Assembly: GCF_964355755.1 (NCBI RefSeq) | Contig: NC_092672.1 | Span: forward strand, 8,370,001-8,434,000 | Length of the DNA: 64,000 nucleotides | Reading direction: 5' to 3' | From: Antedon mediterranea | Lineage: Eukaryota > Animalia > Echinodermata | In this document: positions 14,747 through 26,040 of the stretch, piece by piece | Layout of the letters: each line of letters opens with the position of its first letter | How positions within the stretch are numbered: position 1 is the stretch's first letter | Made by a program: the position numbers and the translations under genes | Notes under the pieces: generated by a model | Told to the model about the DNA's origin: nothing | The model's database searches: none | What the model saw: only the letters and a program-made list of their open reading frames with translations

Positions 14747-15086
14747 GTAGGTACCAGTTTTTTCTTTAGCTGACATAAGGTTTTTTCTTATCGTGTGTGA
14801 AGTCACATTGTACAGTAATTAATTAACAAATCCAGAATTAGCAGTTTGATCAAGAAAGACTAATGTAACACATGTATTAGATATGCAAATATGCCTATAT
14901 TAAATTAGGAAAGATTTCTCAATGTATTCATGTTTATTTTGAGTATTGCGTGCCTAGCTTACTTGAATAAACCGACAATAGCCCATACTCTCCTGATATC
15001 AGGAAGTTGATTCAAAAACAGTTCTTTACCATCCCTCTATGATAATGGACTGATCATAATTACCCTATGTTGTGTTTAATTTACAG

Positions 15087-15701
15087 GGCTCCAGATTCAA
15101 TTTAGAATCACACATAAAGGAAAATACAAGTCAGCATTTAGTTCTTGTCTGCGAAGTAGTTAGAAGACAAAAACGACAAATTGATTCGCTCTCAAACAAA
15201 TTACACACGCTCAACACAAGCATGAACGGTACTCTCCTCTGGCGAATCACAGATTATGCTTCAAAGTTTGCATCAGCTAAAAGCACACATGGCGTGGAAC
15301 TGCGAAGCTTACCGTTTTACACAAGTCAATACGGTTATAAATTACAAGCGACTGTTTTTTTGAACGGGAACGGTTCGGGTGAAGGAAATTCTTTTTCGCT
15401 TTATATAAAGGTTCTTTGCAGTGAGTACGATTCATTGTTACCGTGGCCTTTCACATTGCCAATAACTTTCACGCTGATGGATCAAAGTGACCCACCGAAT
15501 AAACGCATGCATATTACCGAGGCGTTCACACCGGATCCTTCCTGGAAAAACTTCCAAAGACCAAGTAAAGATATTGAGTCACTCGGTTACGGCTATCCCA
15601 CCTTTGTTACGCACAGTTTCTTACAGAGTCGCAAGTACGTGAAAAATGACACTTTATTCATCAAAGTGACGGTAGACAACTCAAACGTTATCGAAATTTA
15701 A
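15087..15701 (+). CDS. TRAF4: TRAF4 last coding exon (coiled coil and MATH/TRAF-C domain)
   Basis: ttacag|GGC...TAA; motifs FYTSQYGYKL, FLNGNGSGEG, LLPWPF and PDPSWKNFQRP are characteristic of TRAF4. Confidence 0.97.
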   Translation, partial: GSRFNLESHIKENTSQHLVLVCEVVRRQKRQIDSLSNKLHTLNTSMNGTLLWRITDYASKFASAKSTHGVELRSLPFYTSQYGYKLQATVFLNGNGSGEGNSFSLYIKVLCSEYDSLLPWPFTLPITFTLMDQSDPPNKRMHITEAFTPDPSWKNFQRPSKDIESLGYGYPTFVTHSFLQSRKYVKNDTLFIKVTVDNSNVIEI

Positions 15702-15935
15702 AAGATTACATTGTATGCCATATTTTAATTTTAAACGTAAATATTTGGAAGGTGTGTTGGAAATACAGTACATTAAAAATGACACTTTATTTATCAAAGT
15801 GACGGTAGAAAACTCAAACATCATCGAAATTGAATAGATTTTTTTGTTGTATACCATATTTTCACTTTAAACGTAAATAGACTTCAAATTCTGCCCATCT
15901 GGAAGGTATGTTGGAAATACATGAAAAATGACTTT
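15642..15935 (+). repeat. Tandem duplication of the TRAF4 terminal codons and proximal 3' UTR (about 2.1 copies)
   Basis: AAAAATGACACTTTATT.ATCAAAGTGACGGTAGA recurs at about 15642 and 15776; a third start lies at about 15924. Confidence 0.85.
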
Positions 15936-16667
15936 TTTTTAAGCAACAACTCAATTTTTAGCGTATGACACTAATGTAATTCAGCGTTGTATACAATCAG
16001 AACGTTTACTAAAAGTTGACTGTGTGAACTACTTCTTATTTTCTGGTTTATAATTTGACCTTGTTATCAGCGTACACTAATACGGCATCAGTGTGAACAC
16101 AGCATAAGTTACTTTAATTTAATATTTAACACAGAGTGTGTTTGTGGTAGATGCAATCTACATCCCGGCAACTTAAAGTGGCCTGTTGCAATATTCTACT
16201 TTTTGTTTCTGTTTTTCTTAATTTCAGGGAAAGGAATACAGGGATTTTTATAGTACATTGGTGGTACTTTTTATGGAATAATATTTCATGAACATTTTTT
16301 AAAATAAAACTTTAAAAATGTGATAAAAGCTAGCGATAATGTACATAGAATTGATTAAAAAGCAAAATACTGTTGCTAGTTTATTTTGGTGCTAGAAATG
16401 GATATGGATTGAGGGAAATAAGTGCATAACAATTTTTGTGTAGTATATTGTATAAAAATCAATTACCCTGGCAAAGCACTGCGCTAAGCCCCACTTATGT
16501 CTAAATCCTGTATCTATCACTGTTTGGCTATGCCATGTTTGGTAAAGTCCATTTTTCGGAATGCATTTATAATAAATAGAAAAGAAATCCATTTGGGACA
16601 TGGTTTAGCATCAATTCCAGGTTTCTGGGTGAATTTGGTGTTTTGTGAGAGTTTAATATATACATAC

Positions 16668-16813
16668 CAGGGCCGTGGCCACCAGCAAGGTTTATAAGGT
16701 TTCAACCTGACCACTTTTTCACAAAGGCCTTTGACAACCTAGTGGCTTGAACAGAGATTGTTTCCTTTTCTTGCGAAAACCGGACCACTTTATTTCTTGT
16801 GGCTACAAAACTG
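16668..16813. mobile_element. Short CAG...CTG element with a 5-bp TSD (hAT5-like MITE)
   Basis: Ends CAGGGCCGTGGCC...GGCTACAAAACTG, flanked by CATAC on both sides. Confidence 0.6.
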
Positions 16814-16896
16814 CATACCCACCTAAAATTGTTGTTAAACTTTATTAGCGCCCTTAATAATAGTAATCTACCCAATTGTTATCTTGGAACAATATT

Positions 16897-17380
16897 GACA
16901 TCTTAAAGATGAAAGGTATCTGTACAATGCTTTGGCAAATGAGTTTTGCTGGTAAATAATATTCATGAGTATAGTTTAATTGCCAACACATATTTTCTTT
17001 AGGATTATTGTTCTCAGAACAATGATACATAAAACAAATATTGGCTTTTGAATTAGACATCTTAAAGATGAAAGGTACCTGTACAAAGCTCTGGCAAATG
17101 AGTTTTGCTGGTAAAAAATATGAATGAGTAGTTTAATTGGCAAAACAAATGCATATTATTAAATAGAATTATTGTTCTCAGAACAATGGTACAAAAACAA
17201 AAATTGGCTTTTGAATTTGACATCTTAAAGATGAAAGGTACCTGTACAAAGCTCTGGCAAATGAGTTTTGCTGGTAAAAAATATGAATGAGTAGATTAAT
17301 TGGCAACAAATGCATATTTTTAAATAGGATTATTGTTCTCAGAACAATGGTACAAAAACAAAAATTGGCTTTTGAATTTT
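16897..17380. repeat. Tandem repeat, about 160 bp x3
   Basis: GACATCTTAAAGATGAAAGGTA starts at 16897, 17056 and 17219. Confidence 0.9.
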
Positions 17381-18155
17381 AAAATGATCACTATTAGAGT
17401 AAATTAGTTATTAAAACTATTTTACTGTACATGTATAACTAAAGTGTTTTATTGTCTGGATAATGCTACATTACAAACATTGTCATCTTCTGTAGAATTT
17501 TATCTGGTGCTAAAATAAGTGTTATTTAATCTATAACTGGTATGAAATTTGACATTACATGTAGGTATTGAAACAAAACGTTAATATGTATACTTAACAC
17601 TAATATTACTGTAATACTTTTAAAAAAATGTCTGAAAATTCACTTGTAACAGAAGCATTTCCAGTTTGACTGTCAATTACTGAACATTACTTTTATGAAT
17701 ACCGGCGCTATATATATAAGTCTGATTAATTGTAATGCGAGAATTTCTTTTTCTAATTCTAAAAATTCGCCTTTATGAATTAAGCTCATAATATACAATT
17801 AGAGGGAAATGGGGGGAGGGGGAGGGGTGAGTGGAAGGTGGTATGAACAGGATGTTTTAATATACTTTTGCATCCTGTTTTGCATATAATAGCAATTGAA
17901 ACTAAAGTCTTAATAAATGAGACAGTTTTATCACCAACAGCATTTTTTTTTATTTCAACATTTCACCTCAGTCACATTTGTAATGCTTCATAAAGGGAAT
18001 AGTAAAACCTATACACATTTACCTTGATATTTTATGGTACTTTTGCCATTTAAGTGTATCACTGTTATTTTTTGTTTTATGTTGATATGTGCAATATTGG
18101 TGCTGTTACCAGGAGATCATCTCCCTGCTGTTACTTAACAGCTCTCCTTCCTTAA

Positions 18156-18326
18156 AGCTCTGTCTACACTATCAAATTTTATGTGACAAAACAATGCCCA
18201 TATATGGACACGATGATGTCATATCACTACCATATTTGGGCATACCACTACCATATTTGACCACTACCATATTTGGCCACATCACACTTTTTTTTGTCAA
18301 ACTTGTTTGATAGTGTTTACAGACCT
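18156..18326. mobile_element. Harbinger-like MITE family 1
   Basis: Same TIRs as the 10877 copy; TWA flanks. Confidence 0.85.
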
Positions 18327-18861
18327 TTAAACCTTTAGAACTTCAGTCCACTTTTAATTCAAATTGTTAGTTTGATTTTTTGAGCTTCTTTCCTTGGTGA
18401 ATTGATGGGAAGTGTTATGCTTGGGTACGCATACAATTAACCTATGACCTTTTACTCATTGTATATAATACTGTACAGTATCTATATATTTGTCTGAATT
18501 TAATTAATTTTTAGATAGTAGAGTGCAGTATATCTTTGTAAATATATTTATTTGTTTGTTGTTTGTATCCATAGCGATATCCACCTATAAATTAAGCAAT
18601 GTGCTGAAAGTCGGTGTGTAATGCGTATTTTCTGCTTCCACTGTTCAAGACTTATGACTTTAAATTGTATTATGTTACAGCAGGTTACTGTAGATCAGAT
18701 CCACTATTTTTCATCCAGTCTAGCCACATAATAAATGTTGGGATGACATGTTTTAGTAGGGCTGCTGTCAGTTGGGACCTACTGTTGCTAAATTCATGAA
18801 ATTGGATGTATTAATGTGATTGTGGAAACCTTGTAAAACATATGAGCATAACTATTCTTAA

Positions 18862-18982
18862 AGCGCTCTGGCTACACTATCAAACTAGTGTGATGTGCCA
18901 ATATATGGTAGTGATAGACATTATCATGTTCATATATGGGCACATCACATTTGTCACTAAGTTTGATAGTGTAGACAGAGCT
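18862..18982. mobile_element. Harbinger-like MITE family 1 (short)
   Basis: Same TIRs; TAA on both sides. Confidence 0.8.
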
Positions 18983-19727
18983 TAATAAAAAAAATATTCA
19001 GAATATACAGTATGGTTTAGTTGGTACTGGCCATGGCTTCTTTTGGTCTTTCATGGTTGCATGCAGTGCTTAAAAGATATTTATACACAGTAAGGCACCG
19101 TCTGTGTGGTAAAAAATATTATACAAGACAATTTAACTTTGGGACACTTTTTTCTTTATAGAACACATATCTAAACATTGAAAAACTGGTGGTTAATCAT
19201 CGTATCAATAATCATTAGGTAATTGCATTTATATAACACCTAAATAAATTCCCGTCATTTGATTGGACAATTGTGGATCACATGGCGTGCAATAGTATGC
19301 ACTATTAAACGATAGTTAAGACAATGTTGGTCACCTCATTTGTTTAAGTCATTCGAAGTTTATGAACTTCATACTATTAATGTATAATTCCAGCCACCTT
19401 CAAGAACATTGAATGTAGTTCGTATAATGTGATAAATTTATAATAACCATGTACTGACATTTTTGGTAAACATTAAAATTGTATACATCATAAACTTCGG
19501 GCAAAATTGTTTTTATAATCTTGAACAAATATTGTATTGATGCAGCCTTAATCAATGAAATCAATAAACAATAAATATTTCAAAACAGAAAAACAATTTT
19601 TTATATTTTTTTATTATCTTCTGTAACTTATTGGTTTGTGAGCAATATAAACCGAATAAGTAATTTTGTTCAAAGGACAATATTAGTACACTCTGGCAGC
19701 AGGGAAATTGTTGAATAAAATGAATAA

Positions 19728-19806
19728 TGCTCTGTCTGCACTATCAAACTAGTTTGACAAAAAAAAGTGTGTTGTCACATAAAAGTTTGATAGTGTAGAC
19801 AGGGCT
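19728..19806. mobile_element. Harbinger-like MITE family 1 (minimal, TIRs only)
   Basis: Same TIRs with an internal deletion; lies about 100 bp past the MRPS23 stop codon. Confidence 0.75.
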
Positions 19807-19904
19807 TTAGATTTTCACATACCCAACATACCTATTATTTGTATATAATGTATTGTGGGAACAAAGTTATTTTTTCCGCTTTTATATTCAAATTTGTCTT
19901 GATT

Positions 19905-19958
19905 TCATGATGGTTCAGATGTTGGATTGGATGGCTCTGTTTCTGAATTCGTCGGTGC
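19905..19958 (-). CDS. MRPS23: MRPS23 coding exon 5 (last)
   Basis: ttaatcaacag|GCA...TGA; APTNSETEPSNPTSEPS*; phase-compatible with exon 4, but the tail is low-complexity and not conserved. Confidence 0.7.
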   Translation of the reverse strand, partial: APTNSETEPSNPTSEPS

Positions 19959-20276
19959 CTGTTGATTAAAATAAACAATGATAAATAACTTTATTTTCTA
20001 TTAGTTTTGATAGAAAGAATATTACTTTTAGTACTGTACACTTTGAATCAAATAGAAGTAGAACCACATTGAACATGTATGTCAGATGGGCTTATACAAG
20101 AACACTAAACTGTAGGGAATGTTTGTGGTTGAGGTGGGATGGGGCTATGTTTGGATCATTTTACATTTACTAATTTGCCAATGGGGATACCGACTTGCTA
20201 TATCCTGTGAAATCTTAAGCCAATAGAGGGCACTATACTGGATTCACACTTACAGATGGTGACTTTCAAAACTTAC

Positions 20277-20412
20277 GGTTGGTTTAGGGTTGTTTTTAAA
20301 ACGATGCAAGATAACTCCGTCAGAGGTGAGTGCTTCTTCTACGTCAATAAACAGTTCTTTATCAGATTTCCCCTGACTTGATTTACTAAGTTCTTGGTAC
20401 TTGGTTATAAAT
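20277..20412 (-). CDS. MRPS23: MRPS23 coding exon 4
   Basis: ctgacag|A...ACC|gtaagt; FITKYQELSKSSQGKSDKELFIDVEEALTSDGVILHR resembles human FVEKYTEL...EKLF...ALLAEGVILRR. Confidence 0.9.
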
Positions 20413-20559
20413 CTGTCAGAAAAGATACAAACAAGACGGTTAATTTGCTAGCAGGTTAACTAATATTAAAGACCCCTTCCCTGCAATTTTGGACGAATTT
20501 TGGACGTTTTTTGGAAAATAATATATATATATCACTTTAAAAAACATTAAACCATGTTT

Positions 20560-20950
20560 TATGATAAAAAGTGAGAAACAATGCACTACGTAAGTAGCTC
20601 GCGGCGATTGACCTCTCGTGGACGGTCTTAGGCCTAGCCTAGCTAGGCTTAGTTTTGTAGGCCTAGCTGGTAAACATCGGTAACGTACGAACATCGTACG
20701 CTAGCTATATACCTAGCCTGACGTTGTATAGTTGCTGCATTAATTGTCTTTCTATTTTTGCCAGACTCCGTTGATAAAAATTGGGGAAAACCCGGTATTT
20801 TCGCTGAAAAGTTAGGAGTCTTCCATTTGTTTTGGCCTCACGATCGATCGAAAAGTGGGCGAATTACAGGTGAAAAACAAAAATATTAATCCGCGCGCAG
20901 TGCATTTTGGGATTTATAGCGGGCCGCTATAATTATTAGAATCGACTTAT
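20560..20950. promoter_or_regulatory. CpG-rich promoter-like island in MRPS23 intron 3
   Basis: High CpG content, CCGCGCGC, a ZNF143/SBS-like motif TGCATTTTGGGATTTATAG (20901-20919), and a TAGGCCTA/TAGCTA cluster like those behind the two real first exons. Confidence 0.45.
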
Positions 20951-21143
20951 TTTTCACATTTTAACCGTTTTAAAGACGAAAAAAGTTATCGCAATAGGAC
21001 CATATAGTATTACTTTTACATTAAATATAGTTTGTGATCTTAAATTAGATCTAAAAAACGTAGGGAAGGGGGCTTTAAAGTAATTGACAAGCAAACATCA
21101 AGAATTAATTGAAGAATAAAAATATAATTTAACCAATACATAC

Positions 21144-21224
21144 TTGTAACATGTTGTTTGTTTGAAGCCATCCTGCCTATTCAAGTCTATTGTATTCTTG
21201 TTTCTAAATGTCTTACTGAAATAC
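21144..21224 (-). CDS. MRPS23: MRPS23 coding exon 3
   Basis: tttttag|G...AA|gtatgt, 81 bp; YFSKTFRNKNTIDLNRQDGFKQTTCY. Confidence 0.88.
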
Positions 21225-21368
21225 CTAAAAAAAGAAATAAATTATATGTTTAAACAATGCATTAATAATTGTCTTTATTAATTGGTTAGTGAAGGTGCAG
21301 GCAGCAAATTACAGTTTAAATTTTTTCATATTTAGGCATCTATAATAGTAGTAAATACAACGACTTAC

Positions 21369-21530
21369 ACTCTGACTTTATCTTCTTCATAAAGAATCTC
21401 CCTTGGAAATTCTGTAGATAATTTTCTGTCATACGTAGGTTCTTCCAATGGTGGAAATGCTGCCATTACTTCGTACCATAGTGGCTTGTCTGCATCTTTC
21501 ATAACTCCAGAACGAATCAAATTTCTAGTT
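21369..21530 (-). CDS. MRPS23: MRPS23 coding exon 2
   Basis: TRNLIRSGVMKDADKPLWYEVMAAFPPLEEP...ILYEEDKVR resembles human [29 protein letters not shown]...YHEDRIR; donor gtaagt. Confidence 0.93.
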
Positions 21531-21928
21531 CTTATTTTTTAGTTAAGAGAAAAAAAAATCATTATGATATTTTTGTTTCTTGGTTGTTCAGCTCATACTA
21601 ATATGTTTGGAAAGATGTAGGCCTGGCCCTAGCTAGGCCTAGGGCCTAGCTAGGCTAAATAAAGCAAAATTTGGTGGGACAATAAAAAAGGATAGATTGC
21701 GTACAGGAGGTACGGGGGGAAGGTACGTAGGGCCTAGCTAGGCCCTGGAGAGGCATACATGTCCAGCATGCAAAGGACTCAACCGGCTCGGCTATCTATC
21801 TATAGACTATGCTAGCCCACCTAGCTAGGCCTACCTCTCGGTGAGCTCGCTGGCCATGATGCCTAGCTAGGCCTAGGCTAGCTAGCCTAGGCTAGCTAGC
21901 ATTATAAATAGACAATTTTATTACTCAC

Positions 21929-21975
21929 CTGGTAAATATTGTCCCTACTTTTTGTAAACGACTCAAGCTTGTCAT
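21929..21975 (-). CDS. MRPS23: MRPS23 coding exon 1 (mitochondrial ribosomal protein mS23)
   Basis: ATG...AG|gtgagt; MTSLSRLQKVGTIFTR resembles MAGSRLETVGSIFSR. The five exons sum to 480 nt (159 aa plus stop). Confidence 0.92.
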
Positions 21976-22330
21976 TTCATTAATTTATAGTTGGTTTAGT
22001 ACTAAAACGGGTGATTAAATGTGGTATCTAGAAACATGTGCAGCGGTATTCAGAAAAAAAAATCACAATAAACATTATACTGCCATCATCGGTGTGAACT
22101 ATCTAGCTGGCTGGAAAAAACAATCAATAATGAGTTCAGAACAGAGACGCTGTAGGAGGGGGAAGGGGACGGGGGACCCTAACATTTTTTTTGCAACCTA
22201 GGCTAGTCATTTCATAATGTTCATAGAAATTTTGCATCTCATATTTTAACTAATAGTTAGTCAGTCTGTGCTGTCGTTATCTTTTAAAAATACACACAAA
22301 TAATTGTCCATTTTGTAAACTGTCTTGGCT
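21976..22330. promoter_or_regulatory. Probable bidirectional promoter between MRPS23 and CUEDC1
   Basis: Divergent genes start within about 500 bp; locally richer in GC and CpG; TAGGCCTA/TAGCTA clusters lie in both flanking first introns. Confidence 0.6.
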
Positions 22331-22459
22331 GGAGCTGCTGCGCTCTGTCTGTTGTTGATAACTCAAATGTCAACACCACACACACGACAGTCGTGTGCTG
22401 TTTACCAGAAATTCCACAACCAAGGTCGGGTTAAAATCGAATGAAGCAGGAGAATAAAG
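22300..22459 (+). other. CUEDC1: Candidate non-coding first exon of CUEDC1 (start approximate)
   Basis: CpG-containing segment ending in the donor AAAG|GTAATA; the next good acceptor is at 24477. Confidence 0.5.
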
Positions 22460-23596
22460 GTAATATTAGTTAATTTTGAAATGTTTTTAACATATAAATA
22501 CATGTGTAGTTTTTAAGTTGTTGTTTTTGTACAACTGTCAATAATAAATAGTCAAATTTGAAGATGTTTTCCGTGGTTTACTCATCCCTCTCTCGGACTC
22601 ATCTGACACTCTGAACATCTGATGATGATGACGATGTTCGATGAGGCTCTTCTGCTGCTGCTGAAATGATGGAAGAGTGACGGGAACTTTAGGCTAGCTA
22701 GGCCTAGGGCCTACTAGGCTATATGCTGTTTTGTACAGTAATACGTTTTTTATTTTAGTTTGATCCAACCCCATCCATGTTTTATTGTTCAAAGAATCAA
22801 TGTATGTTTGAACCATGAAATTATGAATGAATTTGAATATAATTATTAGAAATGTGCCTTTTCCCTTTTTGACATGTGGCTTATAAAATATATATAGACT
22901 TAATTAGCCTAATTAGAGGCCTAGCTACAGCCTGGATATGGCACTGTATCAAGTTTCCAAATGATAATGGTGAATGCCATTACGTTACTCCAATGGGAGT
23001 GCGAAGCGTAATGTACTACTACAAACCGTCTAAATCTACGAACACTGCAAAATAATAATAAAACTTTCCACTCAACAACAAAATTACATACATAAAAAAC
23101 ACAGAGATACCCACTACGGCATAGCCTACGCAACTCACTGCTCGGAGAAAATATGTCATATTATTTGTTATAAAAATCATGAATAATTTATGTGCTAACA
23201 TAATGTCTTAACCTTTAATAGTAGTCAGAAGTTTTGATCCTGTAACTGTATCCATTATTTAGCCACAATATTATTATTAAATTTATATTAATATTCAGAA
23301 ATACTATTGATCTAAAACTACATACTGTATAGAAAAATGATAAAATGTAGTCTATATCGTGCCTAGCTTACCTGGATAAACCAACATAAGCCTCTCTCTC
23401 CGACGAGAGGTAAACATTACGAAAAGAAGAACATTAATAACATTAAATAAATAATCCGAAGGAGTAAAATCATCTCAATAGAAAGTCATTTATTCGCTCT
23501 GTTGTATCTGTTTTTATGCCAATTCGTTTGGTACCAGAGCCCATAATATTACTAGTAGTGTAGAATAATACTGTACTTCCACTTTCGCTAGACTTA

Positions 23597-23765
23597 AGTT
23601 CTGTCTACTAACACTATCAAACTTTATGTGAAAACAAATGTGATGTGCCCATATATGGACATGATAATGTCATATCACTACCATTATGGGCATCAATACC
23701 ATATTTGGGTATATAACAGTTAACACTTTTTTTTGTCAGACTTGTTTGATAGTGTAGACAGAGCT
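23597..23765. mobile_element. Harbinger-like MITE family 1
   Basis: Same TIRs with a perfect TTA TSD (23594-96 and 23766-68); a partial copy follows at about 23931-24015. Confidence 0.88.
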
Positions 23766-24609
23766 TTACTGTACTATAATTCAGTTGCATGTTCATTAAT
23801 AATTATGGTAATTTCATTTTCAGATTGTTAACTGTAATGTCATTGAAATGTTAGCCCTTAATTAAAAGAATTTGTTGTTTTCTGTCAGTACTGTATGTGT
23901 CATTGTCAACATTATTTTAGTATCATGTTAAGCCCTGTTTACACAAAGTGTGGTGTGCCCAAATTTGGTAGTGATATGGTACAGTAGTTTTTTTGTCTAC
24001 ATAAGGTTTGATAGTTATGATGTGTTTTAAATTCTATCTATATATTCTGACAATAATGCTTTAATTTTCAACACAATATTCTTATTCACATATTAACATA
24101 CACACTCTTTAACAACTTGAACAACTTGACAACATCATCAATGTGTACCGCGCACTCTAGGGTGTACCTGTCAAGTTCCGATTTTGTTTTTAATGAATTT
24201 ATGCATGCAACAATCGTAATTATAGTATACCATTGCAATGGATAGAATCGTTTAAGCATTGTTTGTATTAAAATGTAATTTGTATATTATTGTACTTACA
24301 CTACAGTATCTTTGAAATTTCTTGTTAAATTCCGATTTTGTTTATGTATACTATCAGTGTACAGTAATAGCATTGCAAAGCATACTATTAGTAAAATTAA
24401 AGTCCTTTAAGCATTATATTAAAATGTAATTTGTAAACTTAATAACAGCAGTATCTTTGAAATTTCTTTCTACACAGGTTTAAAGATACACAGTTTTTAT
24501 TACTGGTTGTTAGACTTGTTTAAGTTATTGACTGATAATACCACACAATCTTCGATGCGCACTTAGAGTGTAAAAGCCCTTCTGATAGCATCCAGTAGAA
24601 TCTGTTAAT

Positions 24610-24804
24610 ATGGCGTCTGCTCCAGAAACTCAACCTTTGAGTTCAACAAAAACAAAGAAGAAGAAGAACCATCATGGCAGCCATCATCACCACCATCATC
24701 AATCAATGGCGGCGGCTGCTGGAGAGCCTGCGAACAATGTCAGGAGATCTCATCGTAAGCCGCCTCGTCAACTTGAGTTTAACCAAGCCATGAGGGATTT
24801 TAAG
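24610..24804 (+). CDS. CUEDC1: CUEDC1 first coding exon (exon starts at 24478)
   Basis: Acceptor tacacag|24478; ATG in good context (AATATGG); ends ...RQLEFNQAMRDFK|gtaatt, resembling human RRLEFNQAMDDFK. Confidence 0.92.
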
Positions 24805-26040
24805 GTAATTTTTATTTTTTAAATGTGTACCACCATTTAAATTATAAATCAGTTGCAGAGCTGCAAAAGGGTAGATATAAAAAATCAAAATCAAACAAAA
24901 AATCTGCCTCAATATAAATTTATTAACACAAATTAATAAAGTTATATTGAGGCAGTTTTTAACATTTACTGTAAACTTGGTGGTTTGTTATTGTGAGTAC
25001 AGTACCTTACCATGCTCAGCACACTGCTGGAATAATTGAGGAACAAACAAGACTACACAGATGGAATGTCAATTGGTAATAAGGTAAAACAATTTATAGG
25101 AAAACCATGTTTTTAAATTCAAATACAGTAGGACTAATTTGGTTTGCAGTACAGTAGATTGGCTCTTATATCATATAATTTCTAAATAAAAAGCAGAATA
25201 AAATTATTTTTATGTAGACTAAAATACTAAAGCTTTTAAAGTTTAATTTAAAGTTGAAATAGATGTATTGTAGAATGAATTTAGACACAATTGTCATAAA
25301 ATTGACTGTGCTCAATAAAGACAATTAGGTGAGTCATCGCGATCAACATTTACTTGTTCCCTGATTGTTCCCATTTCCCAGCGACTTTTCCATTAGAGAA
25401 CTATGGAAATTTTAAAATGAACTCAACTATCAAGTCAAATGCCTTTACAGAACTGTAATGAATGCAGACATTAGTCATTTCAGAAATTATGCATTTGTTT
25501 CAGCTTATGTAGAAATGCAAAAAACAACAAAAGGACATTTCTATTATTTAAAACGTATACATTAGCAATTAAATTTAAAATTTAACAGTATAAATATGAA
25601 ATTAAAGATTTTTAGATGCCAATAAATCTATTCAAATTATAGTGTTACATTGTATGAATGATTCTAGAATATAATATAATTATAGATTTATTGAAAGTAA
25701 TTTGCTAAAGTAATTTACTAAAATGCCAAGTCAATTTTGATAAATAGCAGTTTTTAAAGTCTTCACTCGCTTTGATGTTACGCTAGGCCTAGGCAGCCAA
25801 GCACCACCAAGCAACACGTACCTGCGCTTCGCTCAAATTTACCACAGTCATATTTTGGACGCGCCTCAATATTTCGTTGCCATGCGAAACAGATTTTTTT
25901 ATGACTTACGAAAACGAATACGTGTGTGTGACGTATCCGTTTTCGTTATCATATTCGTAAGATTGCGAAACCTCTCTATTGTAGACAGAGCTTTAAACAA
26001 ATCTTTGATCCACCTATGACATTTGAAAAAGCATGGTTTG

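Noticed and set aside
20252-20276. Second GTAAGT donor 23 nt beyond MRPS23 exon 4
   Set aside because: It would shift the frame of the last exon and has no support from sequence alone.
22555-22690. Coding-like GAT/GCT-rich segment after the CUEDC1 first exon
   Set aside because: Frames close quickly and there is no clear donor; at most an alternative 5' UTR.
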